Shown: piece by piece, positions 1 to 10,469 of the stretch
How positions within the stretch are numbered: position 1 is the first letter of the stretch
Layout of the letters: every line of letters begins with the position of its first letter
Assembly: GCA_020184695.1 (NCBI GenBank)
Contig: JAANOX010000042.1
Span: 248,001-312,000, forward strand
Length of the DNA stretch: 64,000 bases
Direction: 5' to 3'
DNA from: Histomonas meleagridis 2922-C6/04-290x
Taxonomy: Eukaryota > Protista > Parabasalia
Position numbers and translations under genes: made by a program
Notes under the pieces: model-generated
The model's input: only the letters and a program-made list of their open reading frames with translations
Database searches by the model: none
What the model was told of the DNA's origin: nothing

Positions 1-518
1 TAGAAAGGGGAAAAAACATTAAAAGTAACGCAGGATCGCATCAGTTTATGGCGCCCGAAATTATTTCGAGTGTGGAATATGACCCGTTTTTGGCGGATGT
101 TTGGTCTCTCGGTATAACGTTTTATGTAATCGCATTTGGTAAACTTCCGTGGACATATCATAACGTGGAAGAATTAGATGTTGCGATAAAATCAGGAATT
201 TTCACATTCCCTTCGTACGCTGATAGGGAATTTTGTATGTTAATTAGAGCAATGACAAATGTTAACCCATTAAAAAGAGAGCCATTGGCAAAACTTATTA
301 ATTACCCTGTTTTTAAGAACATAACAAAATATAGTTACGCGTCAATGAGCCACAAGAAAGTTGGTAACATAATAACAAATAAAAGATCAGAAATTGAAGT
401 GCCATCATCGGTATCTCATGGCACAATTTTATGTAATAGGACAAACAATAAACTTTATTTGCTGAAAAAGCAAGAATTGAAGCGTAATATCAAAGTAGTT
501 CGGACTTTTGCTGATTAA
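1..518 (+). CDS. Ser/Thr protein kinase (CAMK-like), C-terminal part; 5' end lies outside the window
   Basis: The frame is open from base 3 (ERGKNIKSNAGSHQFMAPE) and contains kinase subdomains VIII-XI: APE, DVWSLG and the R of KRE. Confidence 0.85.
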   Translation, partial: ERGKNIKSNAGSHQFMAPEIISSVEYDPFLADVWSLGITFYVIAFGKLPWTYHNVEELDVAIKSGIFTFPSYADREFCMLIRAMTNVNPLKREPLAKLINYPVFKNITKYSYASMSHKKVGNIITNKRSEIEVPSSVSHGTILCNRTNNKLYLLKKQELKRNIKVVRTFAD

Positions 519-1900
519 GCTTATGTTGAGAAATAAATATGTTATCATGAAAAAACATTATTATGTTATAAATGAGTGACGCTTTGGCTTTGTTTGGAGG
601 GTAGTATTTCTTTTATGTAGTTTTACAAAAATTGTGCGGTATCATGAAATTTGATAAGTATAAAAATTTATAATTATTTGATAGAATCAACAAGAGGAAG
701 ATGTAGCCACCAGCTTGTTTCTTGGTGTGAATGATTTTTTCCATCAAATGGCACTTTAGCGACAGACACAAAATTGTGCTAACCAATGAGGGGAAAATTG
801 AATTGAAATTAACTGCTGTTTTGAAATTTGTGAATAGGTGACATGACAAGTTAAAATTTTCCACTTTTTGAACGTATTTAAACAAAAAACTTGTACACAA
901 AACAATAACAATGAAGAGAAACGCCCATTCAAAACAGCAATTGACACCTTCTTTTTTCTGTAAATGATTTTGTCCCTTAGGCAAGCAGCTTGAAGAAATA
1001 TCACCTTTTTAGGTATTCCCGAAATGAAAAGTTAGTTGTTTATAACAAATCTCATTCTTTCATTGAAACAATTATCATCAAATATTGATTTCATATAGTG
1101 CCTTGTCAAGAATCTGTGTAACAAAATTACTTTGTCCCTTTCTACATCAAATTTTCTTTACAAAATCAATCCAAAAAATTTATTTTTTTTGTTTTGATTG
1201 TATTGCAATGCGATTTAGTTCCCTGAACTTTTACATTTGCGAAAGAGAGGGAACTTGCATATATTTTATGTATTATTTTTATAAATTCAATATTATCGAA
1301 TTTAATTCTGCTTCTGAATCAGAAGTTCTGATTTATTAAGTATAATTAAGTGGTTAAAATAAACAATGTTGTTCTTATTTTAAATATTTTAGAGGAAATA
1401 AATTTAAATCGACTTTAAGGTAATCATAAAATTAAATAACCTAAGGCTGAATGATGATTCTTTTCCTCTCCTTTGCTGAAGCATTGAGACGTGTATATAC
1501 CAGCATGATCATCGTAAACAGATCATCACAAAATATTTTGAAAACATTTATTGACCAAATATCAAATCAATTTACACTTTTTGAATCAACTCCAAAGACA
1601 TGATCAGCATTAATGCTGAGGAAACCCTTCCATATGAAATTAAAAAAAAATAGTTCAGACAGCAAGCAGTTAATGACTATTTGCTGGTTATATTATCTTA
1701 GCAAGAGAAATAAAATCATTGTAAAAGTAATTTATTATTTAAAGATAGTATTTGAATCAAACAACGCATGACTAACTTTTGCAGAAGGAATAGCAGAATA
1801 AAATATACTTTATGGATACAATTCTCCAGCCACTTTAACAGAATATGCAAAACCGCTTATTTTCAATAGCAGTAAACCATTGAAAATGCTACCAGTGATG

Positions 1901-2875
1901 TTATGAGCTCCTTAGCCAATCTTCTCTTAGTTCATTTGTTTCTTTGGTTAAAACATCAAGTTTTTCATTCAAACTCTTTAAGGAAAATTGATTTGTAAAT
2001 TTGAGATCTAAGCCTCTAATGTATGTAATAAAAGAGTTAACATTATCATCATAAATTCTTTCATTAGAATTATCTGAGACTTCACCTTCATCAATGATTT
2101 CAAATGAAAAGGATTTTCTTAATGAACCAACAGATGAAAAAATTAATTCATCTTCTGATGATGAATAATCATTTGTAACTGTAGTATCACGAACTTGGGT
2201 ATTTGTTTGTGTAAATGAAAATCGTGAATTTTTCAAGCTTGATATTTGAATTGGTGGTAATAATTCTTCGACATTTTTTCTTGAAAAACAAGTCACAGAA
2301 CAAATACCAATTGGAGTTAGCACTGTTCCAAAATTAATTTCAAGATCCAAACCATTGGATGTAATTGGCTTTATTTGACATGGAAGTGGAATAAAATGTG
2401 AACAAAATGCTGTAATCCTATCACTTGAAGGAATACGCGAAAGCATACACTCCAAAGCTTTAGCTGGCATTACGTTCATTGTTGCATAAATCGATCTTAG
2501 GATTTGGGAAATTTTTCTGAAAGTGTGTGAACGAATTTCTTTTGGATTTCCTGTTAAAATAGGTCGAGATTCTGTTGGTTTGGTTTCCTGATGAACAAGA
2601 TACCACCTTTCAATAGTATCATTTGAATTGCTTAATATAACGTCAACTTGAAACCATCCATATGTGAGTTCTCCAGCAGCAAGTCTTCGAATTGATTGGG
2701 ATTCTGGAATTTCAAGTGAAAACCAATGATCCTTATCTTCGATTAAATCAGATAATTCTTTTGGGCAACGATTGGCATAAATACATTCAATTACCTTACA
2801 AAAAAATATTCTTGTTAAAAGTACATATTTTTTTGCTTCTTCACTCAGTGGTAAATCACCAATTTCTTCTTCCAT
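1901..2875 (-). CDS. ATG13: Atg13-like HORMA-domain protein
   Basis: 324-aa ORF with FFCKVIECIYANR, HWFSLEI, IERWYL and FRKISQILRSIYATMNVMPA, resembling the Atg13 HORMA motifs, followed by a Ser-rich tail. Recognised by eye, not by HMM. Confidence 0.6.
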   Translation of the reverse strand: MEEEIGDLPLSEEAKKYVLLTRIFFCKVIECIYANRCPKELSDLIEDKDHWFSLEIPESQSIRRLAAGELTYGWFQVDVILSNSNDTIERWYLVHQETKPTESRPILTGNPKEIRSHTFRKISQILRSIYATMNVMPAKALECMLSRIPSSDRITAFCSHFIPLPCQIKPITSNGLDLEINFGTVLTPIGICSVTCFSRKNVEELLPPIQISSLKNSRFSFTQTNTQVRDTTVTNDYSSSEDELIFSSVGSLRKSFSFEIIDEGEVSDNSNERIYDDNVNSFITYIRGLDLKFTNQFSLKSLNEKLDVLTKETNELREDWLRSS

Positions 2876-2925
2876 TTAAGAGCTCAAATTTTTAGGGATA
2901 AGAGAACGTTTAAAAACCAAGAAAA

Positions 2926-2933
2926 AACGGTTA
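2926..2933 (+). promoter_or_regulatory. AACGGTTA, resembling the trichomonad Myb-type core promoter motif (M3-like)
   Basis: Lies in the 114-bp divergent gap between the Atg13-like and glycerol kinase genes. The identical octamer occurs at 9246-9253 upstream of Vps22. Confidence 0.3.
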
Positions 2934-2989
2934 TGTTTATGAGGCACCCCCAACGGATCAAAACTGCCTTAAATTTGGTCAGATGAAAA

Positions 2990-4513
2990 ATGAGTGCGTT
3001 AATAGGTTCAATTGACCAAGGCACTTCATCTAGTAGATTCACAGTATACTCTGAATCAGGGGAAACCATTGCATCACATCAAGCACCAGTTTCACATACA
3101 ACACCACATCCAGGATGGATTGAACAAAATCCAATTGAGATTATAAACAGTATTAAAGATTGCCTACAAGCTGTTGCATTCAAGCTTGAAGCCCTTGATA
3201 GGTCAGCAAGGGAAATTGTTGCCATTGGGATTACAAATCAAAGAGAAACGTTAATCATATGGGATAAGGAAACAGGCAAGCCACTCTACAATGCAATTGT
3301 TTGGTGTGATAATCGTAACGCATCCATTATTATTGATCTTAAGAAAAACTATGGTGACCAATTTTTCCACAAGACAGGATTACCATTTTCCACTTATTTT
3401 ACTGCCACTAAAATTCTTTGGTTACGACAAAACGAGCCATCCATTCGTAAAGCTCTTGACAATGGGAAATGTTTAATTGGGACCATAGATACATGGATTG
3501 TATGGTGTCTCACAGGCCACAAATCCTTCGTTACCGATGTCACAAATGCGTCACGTACTTTTCTCTTCGATCTGAACACACTTCAATGGGATCAAGAATT
3601 GTGTCAAGTGTTTGGGGTACCCCGAAACTGTTTAGCTGAAATTCGAAGTTCAGCCGAAATCTATGGCTATATTAGCGATGAGTTTGCTCCATATGATGGC
3701 ATACCTATATCTGGGGTTTTAGGTGATCAACAAGCATCACTTGTCGGAAACAAATGTAATCATAAAGGAACAGCTAAGATTACATATGGCACGGGATGTT
3801 TCCTTCTTTATAACATTGGTAACAAACCACTTTTTTCCGAGAAAGGTTTAATTACAACAATTGCATTTCAAATGGGTCCAAAAAGTAAACCATGTTATGC
3901 TATCGAGGGCTCAATAGCCACATGTGGGATGGCTGTACGATGGCTCAATGGTATTTTAGGTGTTGATGAACCAATATATGATCTTGCCAAAACTGTCAAG
4001 AATAGTGGCGGTGTATACTTTGTGCCTGCTTTTAGTGGCCTGTTTTGTCCATATTGGCGTCCTGATGCCCGCGGATGTCTTTTAGGTATTACCGGATTTA
4101 CAACACGCGGACACATAGCAAGAGCTGTCCTTGAAGGTATAGCATTACAAGCTATGGATGTTTTAAAGTGTGTTGATATACCATTAAGTCGAGTTCGAGT
4201 TGATGGCGGTTTATCACGATCTGATTTACTCATTCAATTTCAAGCGGATTTACTTGAAATTGAAGTTGCTCGAGCTGCAAATGTCGAAGCCACTTCTAAG
4301 GGCGCGGCAATTGCTGCAGCTTACGGTGTGGGAATGAGCGATGCCGGAATTGTGAAAAGTGACGAGGATGTTGTTGTGTTTAAACCTAAGATGAGTAAGA
4401 ACGAATTAGAAAAGAAAAGGAAAATGTGGAAAAAAGCCGTCGAAAGATCAATGGAATGGATCGAACCAGACGAAATTGGAGACTCAGGCGAGTCCTCGGA
4501 ATATGAATTTTAA
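2990..4513 (+). CDS. glpK: Glycerol kinase (FGGY family)
   Basis: 507 aa with IDQGTSSSR, GITNQRET, YNAIVWCD, TDVTNASRT, GDQQASL, KITYGTG, YFVPAFSGL and RVDGG motifs. Confidence 0.97.
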   Translation: MSALIGSIDQGTSSSRFTVYSESGETIASHQAPVSHTTPHPGWIEQNPIEIINSIKDCLQAVAFKLEALDRSAREIVAIGITNQRETLIIWDKETGKPLYNAIVWCDNRNASIIIDLKKNYGDQFFHKTGLPFSTYFTATKILWLRQNEPSIRKALDNGKCLIGTIDTWIVWCLTGHKSFVTDVTNASRTFLFDLNTLQWDQELCQVFGVPRNCLAEIRSSAEIYGYISDEFAPYDGIPISGVLGDQQASLVGNKCNHKGTAKITYGTGCFLLYNIGNKPLFSEKGLITTIAFQMGPKSKPCYAIEGSIATCGMAVRWLNGILGVDEPIYDLAKTVKNSGGVYFVPAFSGLFCPYWRPDARGCLLGITGFTTRGHIARAVLEGIALQAMDVLKCVDIPLSRVRVDGGLSRSDLLIQFQADLLEIEVARAANVEATSKGAAIAAAYGVGMSDAGIVKSDEDVVVFKPKMSKNELEKKRKMWKKAVERSMEWIEPDEIGDSGESSEYEF

Positions 4514-4793
4514 GTTGTTTTCTCTAAAAATTGATTTGATTGTTTTTATTAAAATAAAATACTCAATAAAATTTTTAAAAATATTAAATAAAAATGTGAA
4601 ACTTCACAACACATTATAAAGAAAAAGAATTTTTTGTTTATAAAGAAATAAAAATAATAAAAATAAAGCAAAAATAAAAATATTTGTGTTATAACACAAA
4701 AAGAACATTAAAAAGAAAAAAACTTATTTACAACTTCTTTTTATTATTATTTTAAGGATAAGTCCGATAATTAATATTTTGCAATTTGGGAAA

Positions 4794-5297
4794 TCAAAGA
4801 AAAGCTTTTGAAAATGCACCAACTGGATCAAGAAGAACTTGGGTATTTCTTGTCTTGTTGAAAGTCGCTTCAGTGATTGGTGTGAAAGTTGAGTCAAGTG
4901 GTTTTAAGGCTGCTTCAGCACAATTTCCGAGAGCATTAAAAAATATTGATTGGGCTGTATTTAAAGCAACACTTTTGAGAATCTCCTTTGTACCATTTCT
5001 ACATGAAATTATGGCACCTGTTAAAGCACCTGATAAAATATTTTGGAGGAATGGATTTGAAATATGTGCATTAACGAAGGGACTCACCATGGCGTTAACA
5101 ACCTCACAGCATGCCATTTCAGTTCCTTTTTGAAATGAATTTTTCATCATTTGATCTCTAAAATCATTTATTTTCTCTCCTTTGGGTGAATTTCTGATAG
5201 AGTGGAATAGAGCGGACACTGCAGCAAAACCTTGCCCAGATAAGAATCCTGCTCCAGCTTTTTTATAAAAAATTTCGAATGAATTTTTCTCTTTCAT
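4794..5297 (-). CDS. Tim17/Tim22/Tim23-family inner-membrane translocase subunit (hydrogenosomal by inference)
   Basis: 167 aa with GAGFLSGQGF, HSIRNSPKGEK and NILSGALTGAIISCRNG, typical Tim17-family glycine-zipper segments. Confidence 0.7.
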   Translation of the reverse strand: MKEKNSFEIFYKKAGAGFLSGQGFAAVSALFHSIRNSPKGEKINDFRDQMMKNSFQKGTEMACCEVVNAMVSPFVNAHISNPFLQNILSGALTGAIISCRNGTKEILKSVALNTAQSIFFNALGNCAEAALKPLDSTFTPITEATFNKTRNTQVLLDPVGAFSKAFL

Positions 5298-5488
5298 ATT
5301 TCCTAAAACATGATTACGATCAAAAATTACATAAAAAGTTAAAAACCCATTAACCTCCCCAACTGTAAAGCTTACAGCTCATGCAGGTATCGTCGTATAA
5401 AGTATCCAAAAATTTGTGGGAAAACGTTTTTGAATTTTTCTGATAAACCTTCAAAACATGTTTTGAACAGAAGTTTCTTTAATTAAAA

Positions 5489-6670
5489 ATGGGAGCTGAT
5501 CAAAGCCAAGATTCTCAATCCGGCTTCAATGTTGAACAATTACATGAACTCGAAAAAATTATATTTGATTTAAATGAGGATAATATTGATCAATCTGTTG
5601 AATCTTCATTACAATACTTTTATTCAAAATATACATATTCATATATTCTTCTTATTTGTAAAATGGTATATTCATGTTATGTTTCAAAACGACTTGGAGA
5701 ACCATGTATTCGTTATATATGCAAAATGACAACGAAAAAAGAAATAGGAAACAAAATCATTGAAGTTTTTATTGAACTTTTATTATCTCTTAATAATCAA
5801 GAATCGAATTATCTTTTAGAAAAACTTATTGAAAATGGATATGTTGAACCAAATGTCAGCAAACTCAAAAGAACACCATATTTTGCACATTATATGACTG
5901 AAGAAGAACTTAGTTATTATCAATATGAACCACGTTATAAGAGTTTTTATGAACATATTAAAGAACTTAAAGCGAATAATTGGGCATATCATCAACAATT
6001 AATTTATGAAGGAGTTAATCCAAATGAAATAGCGAAAGCGATTCGAAATGATCAAGTTGAAGTACTTGAAAAAATATCATCGCAACCTAATTTTGATTTT
6101 GATCAATTTATTAAACCATCGATTTATGAACGATGTTCCTTTATTAATGAAGGAAATGTTTATTTAGCTGATTATGCAGCATTTTTTGGATCATTTAAAT
6201 GTTTTAAATTTTTATTGTCAAATGGTTCCAATATAAATAATTCCACCAAATATGCAATTGCAGGAGGTAATCATGAAATCATTCATTTATGTGAGCAAAA
6301 TCATTCATCATTTGAAAACGCGTATGAAACAGCAATTAAATTCCATCAGAACGAAGTATTTCATTATATATATCAAAACAAATTCGAAAGTTATTTCGAT
6401 CCTACACATTTAGGTACAGTATGTATTATGTATAATAATTATGGACTTTTTTCATTTTTCGAAAAGAATGGAATGAAAATTAATCAATCAGTTGTTACTA
6501 AAGCAATTGAAACAGGTAATATATTTATGGTACAATATCTTTACGGAAAACAATTAATACCAATTGAATTTGTGAATATTCCATCTTTCTCTGGGAATAA
6601 AGAACTTTTTAATTATCTTGTGATTGAAACAGAACATGTATATCATTTTAAGGATAATATTATTTGTTGA
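5489..6670 (+). CDS. DUF3447/ankyrin protein, copy 1 (continuous ORF only; gene probably continues through the array to the TAA at 7478)
   Basis: NPNEIAKAIRND, YERCSFIN, AAFFGSFKCFKFL, YAIAGGNHEIIHLCEQ and AIKFHQNEVFHY match the DUF3447 pattern. The ORF stops 4 codons after entering the first spacer (begins 6656). Confidence 0.9.
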   Translation: MGADQSQDSQSGFNVEQLHELEKIIFDLNEDNIDQSVESSLQYFYSKYTYSYILLICKMVYSCYVSKRLGEPCIRYICKMTTKKEIGNKIIEVFIELLLSLNNQESNYLLEKLIENGYVEPNVSKLKRTPYFAHYMTEEELSYYQYEPRYKSFYEHIKELKANNWAYHQQLIYEGVNPNEIAKAIRNDQVEVLEKISSQPNFDFDQFIKPSIYERCSFINEGNVYLADYAAFFGSFKCFKFLLSNGSNINNSTKYAIAGGNHEIIHLCEQNHSSFENAYETAIKFHQNEVFHYIYQNKFESYFDPTHLGTVCIMYNNYGLFSFFEKNGMKINQSVVTKAIETGNIFMVQYLYGKQLIPIEFVNIPSFSGNKELFNYLVIETEHVYHFKDNIIC

Positions 6671-7478
6671 TTTTATTTAAATTTTGTTTGTTTAATTTAG
6701 TGATTATTTATTATATTTGGAATTTATTTGTTTTATTTTTTTTACTTTTAAATGCTGCTAGAAAAGGTTATACTGATATAGTTAAATTTCTTCTCGAACA
6801 AAGAGGTATTGGAATTAATGCTAAAGATATATATTTGTTTTATATAAAATTTGTTTCAATGATTTTTTATTTGAAAATAATATTTGGAAATTGCTCAAAT
6901 TATTTGAAACATCATTAACAATTGCATCTTCAAATGGTTACGTAGAAATAGTTAAATCACTTCTTGAGCAAAAAGGAATTGATATAAATGCTAAAAATAT
7001 TTTAATTTTTTGTTTAATATATGTTTTAATTATTCGATATTTTAAAATAATATTTGGAATATGTTTAAGTTATTTAAAACAGCACTTATATATGCATCAC
7101 GTAATTGTCACATAGAAATAGTTAAATTACTTCTTGCACAAAAAGGAATTGATGTTAATGCCAAAGATAATTAATTGTTTTATTAAAAACTTTTTTGAAT
7201 ATTTTATGGTTTCAAAATAATATTCGGAAATTAAACACAATATTTCAAACAGCTCATATTAATGCATCGACAAATGGTTATTCATATATTGTTTACTTAC
7301 TTCTTCAACAAAAAGGAATTGATGCTCATATAAAAGATATTTATTTGTTGATTATAATATTTATTTTAATAATTTAATATTTAAAAATAGTTTTTGGAAT
7401 TTATTTATATTATTAAAAGATGCTTATTATTATGCTAAAGAAAAAGGTCATAACGAAGTTTGTAAAATACTTCAATAA
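6656..7478 (+). repeat. Ankyrin-module/spacer array 1: five spacers (83,80,80,80,80 nt), four 90-nt modules and a terminal half-repeat
   Basis: Spacers at 6656-6738, 6829-6908, 6999-7078, 7169-7248, 7339-7418. Modules include TSLTIASSNGYVEIVKSLLEQKGIDINAKN and TALIYASRNCHIEIVKLLLAQKGIDVNAKD. The last piece DAYYYAKEKGHNEVCKILQ ends in TAA at 7478. Confidence 0.95.
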
Positions 7479-8053
7479 ATAAAATTAAATTGATATTGAT
7501 TCTAAAAAATTTTAACGAAATAGCAATCCCTAAATAAAAGTCAAAACATAATAATTTTTTAAAAATTTTAATTAAATTAAGTTTATTTTCAAAAATTGTG
7601 ACATATTACGATGTTTACATTAAGATTAGGAAAAATAATAGGTGCTTTTCATATTTCATATTAAGTTTAATAATGTTTATTATAATCATATTTAGAACAA
7701 TTATCAATATTTGACTCTCGAAATATATATATAAGTAAAATTGTGATAACTCTGAAATATGAACACTTAGAAATTCATTTTTAATATATAGAAACAAATG
7801 TCTTACATACGCAGTCTCTAATTGTATTAAATTAAAAAAAAAAAAATGGTAGGAAATTCTCTTTTCGATGTCAATGCATTTTCATTACAAAATTGTAAAT
7901 CTTTAGAAAATATCTTACTCCTTAAAAACAGAATTTTTAGAAAAAAAGGAAAGTAAATGAATAGTTTACAGAGAGAAATTGTGAGATACGATTATATTCA
8001 ACCGTAAAAATAAATAATTGAATTGTATCGTGCTTGCTAAATTGTTTTTGCTT

Positions 8054-9205
8054 TTAATCAACGTTAATTCCAAGTTGACGAAGTTGTAATGTCAGCTTCT
8101 TTATTATCTCATCTTTTTTACCGATTGTTTGCTTAATTCTACCACTTATATCAGAAATTTCCTGATTAAATTTGTCTTTAATTTCAAGAACATTTTTTTG
8201 ATGTTGTTTTGTTATATTAACAATTTCTATTTGGAGTTCATTTATTTCTTCTTTAAGTTTATTTTGTTTTATTTTATTTTCATTAATACTTTCATTTAAC
8301 TCGTTAATTTTTAATTGCGTTTTATTTTGTTGAATTAAATTTAAATTTTTGATATTATTAATTTCATTTTCATTTTCTTTAATTTCTTCGTTTAATTTTT
8401 TTATTTGTTTTCGATATTCGACGCATTTACAATTGTTAAGTTGTTCTCTCAGTTCATTAATTTCACTTTCATCAATTGGTTCACATGAATCAAATTCTTC
8501 TTTAAGAACTTTCAGTTTTTGCTGCAAGTTTGTAATTATTATTAAATGTTCTTTTTCTTCGCTTTGGATTTTGGTTTCTAAATCACGACGCTCAGTGATT
8601 GTCTTTGTTTCGAGCTCTGAAATTGTTTTTGTGACTTCTTCAAGTTGCTTTTCTTTTAATGTTTTTTGCTTTTCTGTTAAATTGGATTGAAATTCTTTTT
8701 GCAATTTGTTGATAATGATTTTTTCCCATTGTGTACGGAAAACTTCTTCTTCTTGAAGAGATTTTTCTTTTGCTTTTTCTATTTTGGATGTTACTTGTGA
8801 TATTTTCTCATTGATTTTTCTTTGAAGTTCAATTTGTCGCTTTTGTAAAATATCTTCCATTTTGTTAATTTTATCACGGGACTCTTTATTTGCTTTTTGT
8901 ATATTATTTGATAATTCTTCTTGAATATTTTTGATTTGTTCATTATGTGAATTTATAAGTTCATCAAGTTCTATTTTTTGTGATTTTTTTAATTTTTCTA
9001 TTTCATGCCTTTGCTTTAATGCTAGTTCTTTGATTTTTGGTTTCATTGATTCAATTGCTTGAGTTTTTTTATTAGATATTTCGTGATTAATTTGGTTTAT
9101 TTGTTTCTTTAACATATTGCAATTACTAGCGATTGTTTCATTTTCTTTTATGATTCGATCAATTGTTTCTTGATTTGCTTCTAAAATTGTTTTTGCATTT
9201 TTCAT
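8054..9205 (-). CDS. Coiled-coil protein of unknown function
   Basis: 383-aa ORF rich in E/K/Q/N with a heptad pattern throughout. Confidence 0.8.
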   Translation of the reverse strand: MKNAKTILEANQETIDRIIKENETIASNCNMLKKQINQINHEISNKKTQAIESMKPKIKELALKQRHEIEKLKKSQKIELDELINSHNEQIKNIQEELSNNIQKANKESRDKINKMEDILQKRQIELQRKINEKISQVTSKIEKAKEKSLQEEEVFRTQWEKIIINKLQKEFQSNLTEKQKTLKEKQLEEVTKTISELETKTITERRDLETKIQSEEKEHLIIITNLQQKLKVLKEEFDSCEPIDESEINELREQLNNCKCVEYRKQIKKLNEEIKENENEINNIKNLNLIQQNKTQLKINELNESINENKIKQNKLKEEINELQIEIVNITKQHQKNVLEIKDKFNQEISDISGRIKQTIGKKDEIIKKLTLQLRQLGINVD

Positions 9206-9245
9206 CGAATAAACGTTTTCAGGGCATCCTATAAACCCCCGAAAT

Positions 9246-9253
9246 AACGGTTA
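9246..9253 (+). promoter_or_regulatory. AACGGTTA M3-like core promoter motif in a 72-bp bidirectional gap
   Basis: Ends 25 nt before the Vps22 ATG; same octamer as at 2926. Confidence 0.3.
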
Positions 9254-9277
9254 TTAAATTTCCATTCTTTTGCGAAA

Positions 9278-10000
9278 ATGTCTGCAGGTGGATTACAAGC
9301 AATTATGAACCAACAAAAGGAGCAAGAGGCCAAAGAAAGGATGGGTCAAGAGCTCCGTGAAAAGCAATTAAACGCAGCAAAAACACAAATGGCTACATTC
9401 CAAAAAAAGCTTGAAGAATTTGCAAGAAAGTATAAAAAGCAAATTAAAACAGATCCAGACATGAGAAGAGACTTCAATACAATGTGTCTTCAAATCGGAG
9501 TCGATCCTCTTCAATCCAAAAATGGCTTTTGGTCTAAAATCCTTGGTGTAGGTGATTTCTATCATGAACTTTCAATCAAGGTTATTGATGTTTGCTCCGC
9601 TTTAAAGAAGAACGCTGCCGGTGGTATGATTCCTCTTGATGATGTATTAACAAGAGTGAAAAAGACATATGGATCAAAAAGCCCTAAAATAAGCAAGGAT
9701 GATATCGAACAATCGCTCAAAAACCTTCGAAGTATTGGCGAAGGTTATTCTGTTGTCAAAATTGGAAAACAATATTTCATCAAAATTGTTTCTTTCGATC
9801 TTGATAACGATTCTTCAGCTGTTTTAGAGTTAGCTAAAGACACTGGTTACTTCGTTGATCAAGGAAACTTGGGATGGGATCAAGAAAGATTTCAAAAGGC
9901 TGTAAGAGCTCTTCTTCAAGAAGGGTTCATCTGGACTGATGAAGTCGAAGGCCAACCAAAGCGATATTATGTTTGTGCTCTTTTCCCTGGATTTAACTAA
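9278..10000 (+). CDS. SNF8: ESCRT-II subunit Vps22/Snf8 (EAP30)
   Basis: 240 aa with LEEFARKYKKQIKTDPDMRRDFNTMCLQIGVDPLQS, FWSKILGVGDFYHEL, GGMIPLDDV and LLQEGFIWTD. Confidence 0.93.
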   Translation: MSAGGLQAIMNQQKEQEAKERMGQELREKQLNAAKTQMATFQKKLEEFARKYKKQIKTDPDMRRDFNTMCLQIGVDPLQSKNGFWSKILGVGDFYHELSIKVIDVCSALKKNAAGGMIPLDDVLTRVKKTYGSKSPKISKDDIEQSLKNLRSIGEGYSVVKIGKQYFIKIVSFDLDNDSSAVLELAKDTGYFVDQGNLGWDQERFQKAVRALLQEGFIWTDEVEGQPKRYYVCALFPGFN

Positions 10001-10067
10001 AAAAATTATTTTTCATTTTTCGATTCGAACAAAGTTAGTCAATTTAAAGAATATTTTTTTGTTCTAA

Positions 10068-10469
10068 ATGAACACATTTCAAAAACAATGGTGCGTCGAA
10101 ATCATAAATAAACTTCTTGACATGAAGATAACACAGATATTTAAGGAAGATTTCTCAAAAATTTTAAATGCAAATCAAAATATTTTCAAATCCTCAATTA
10201 CTTTAGAAACTGTTATGGAAAATCTTAGAAAGGATAAATATAAATCAATATTCGATTGGTGTAATGACGTTAATCTGATTTGGTATAATGCAATTAATTA
10301 TTACAAATCTGGAAGCCCTATGTTTTTAATAGTAGAGACACTTCAAAATTGGTTCAAAAAACACACTACAAAATTCCCCTCGGACAAATATGACAATTGG
10401 CTTATTCAGTTCCAAATGATTAAAGAATCTGCCAAAAAAATTATTGAGACTATGCCGAAAGCAAAATAG
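10068..10469 (+). CDS. Small bromodomain-containing protein
   Basis: ITLETVMENLRKDKYKSIFDWCNDVNLIWYNAINYY matches the bromodomain A/B helices. Confidence 0.8.
   Translation: MNTFQKQWCVEIINKLLDMKITQIFKEDFSKILNANQNIFKSSITLETVMENLRKDKYKSIFDWCNDVNLIWYNAINYYKSGSPMFLIVETLQNWFKKHTTKFPSDKYDNWLIQFQMIKESAKKIIETMPKAK

Noticed and set aside
613-1339. ORFs 613-984, 756-1004 and 1085-1339
   Set aside because: Non-ATG starts, overlapping frames and no recognisable motifs; likely intergenic noise.
1770-1784. ACTAACTTTTGCAG as a trichomonad intron 3' end
   Set aside because: Spacing differs from the 12-nt ACTAACACACAG motif, and no flanking exons were identified.
1451-1900. Possible decayed pogo/Tc1-like transposase fragment (ISINAEETL resembling the NxDET motif)
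   Set aside because: Only a few residues across frameshifted fragments, with no terminal inverted repeats seen. It needs TBLASTN support.
6664-7377. Short hydrophobic ORFs over the arrays (also 24011-24897, 50661-51264) as membrane peptides
   Set aside because: They are chimeras of one ankyrin module plus read-through of AT-rich spacer; the I/F/L/Y richness is compositional.
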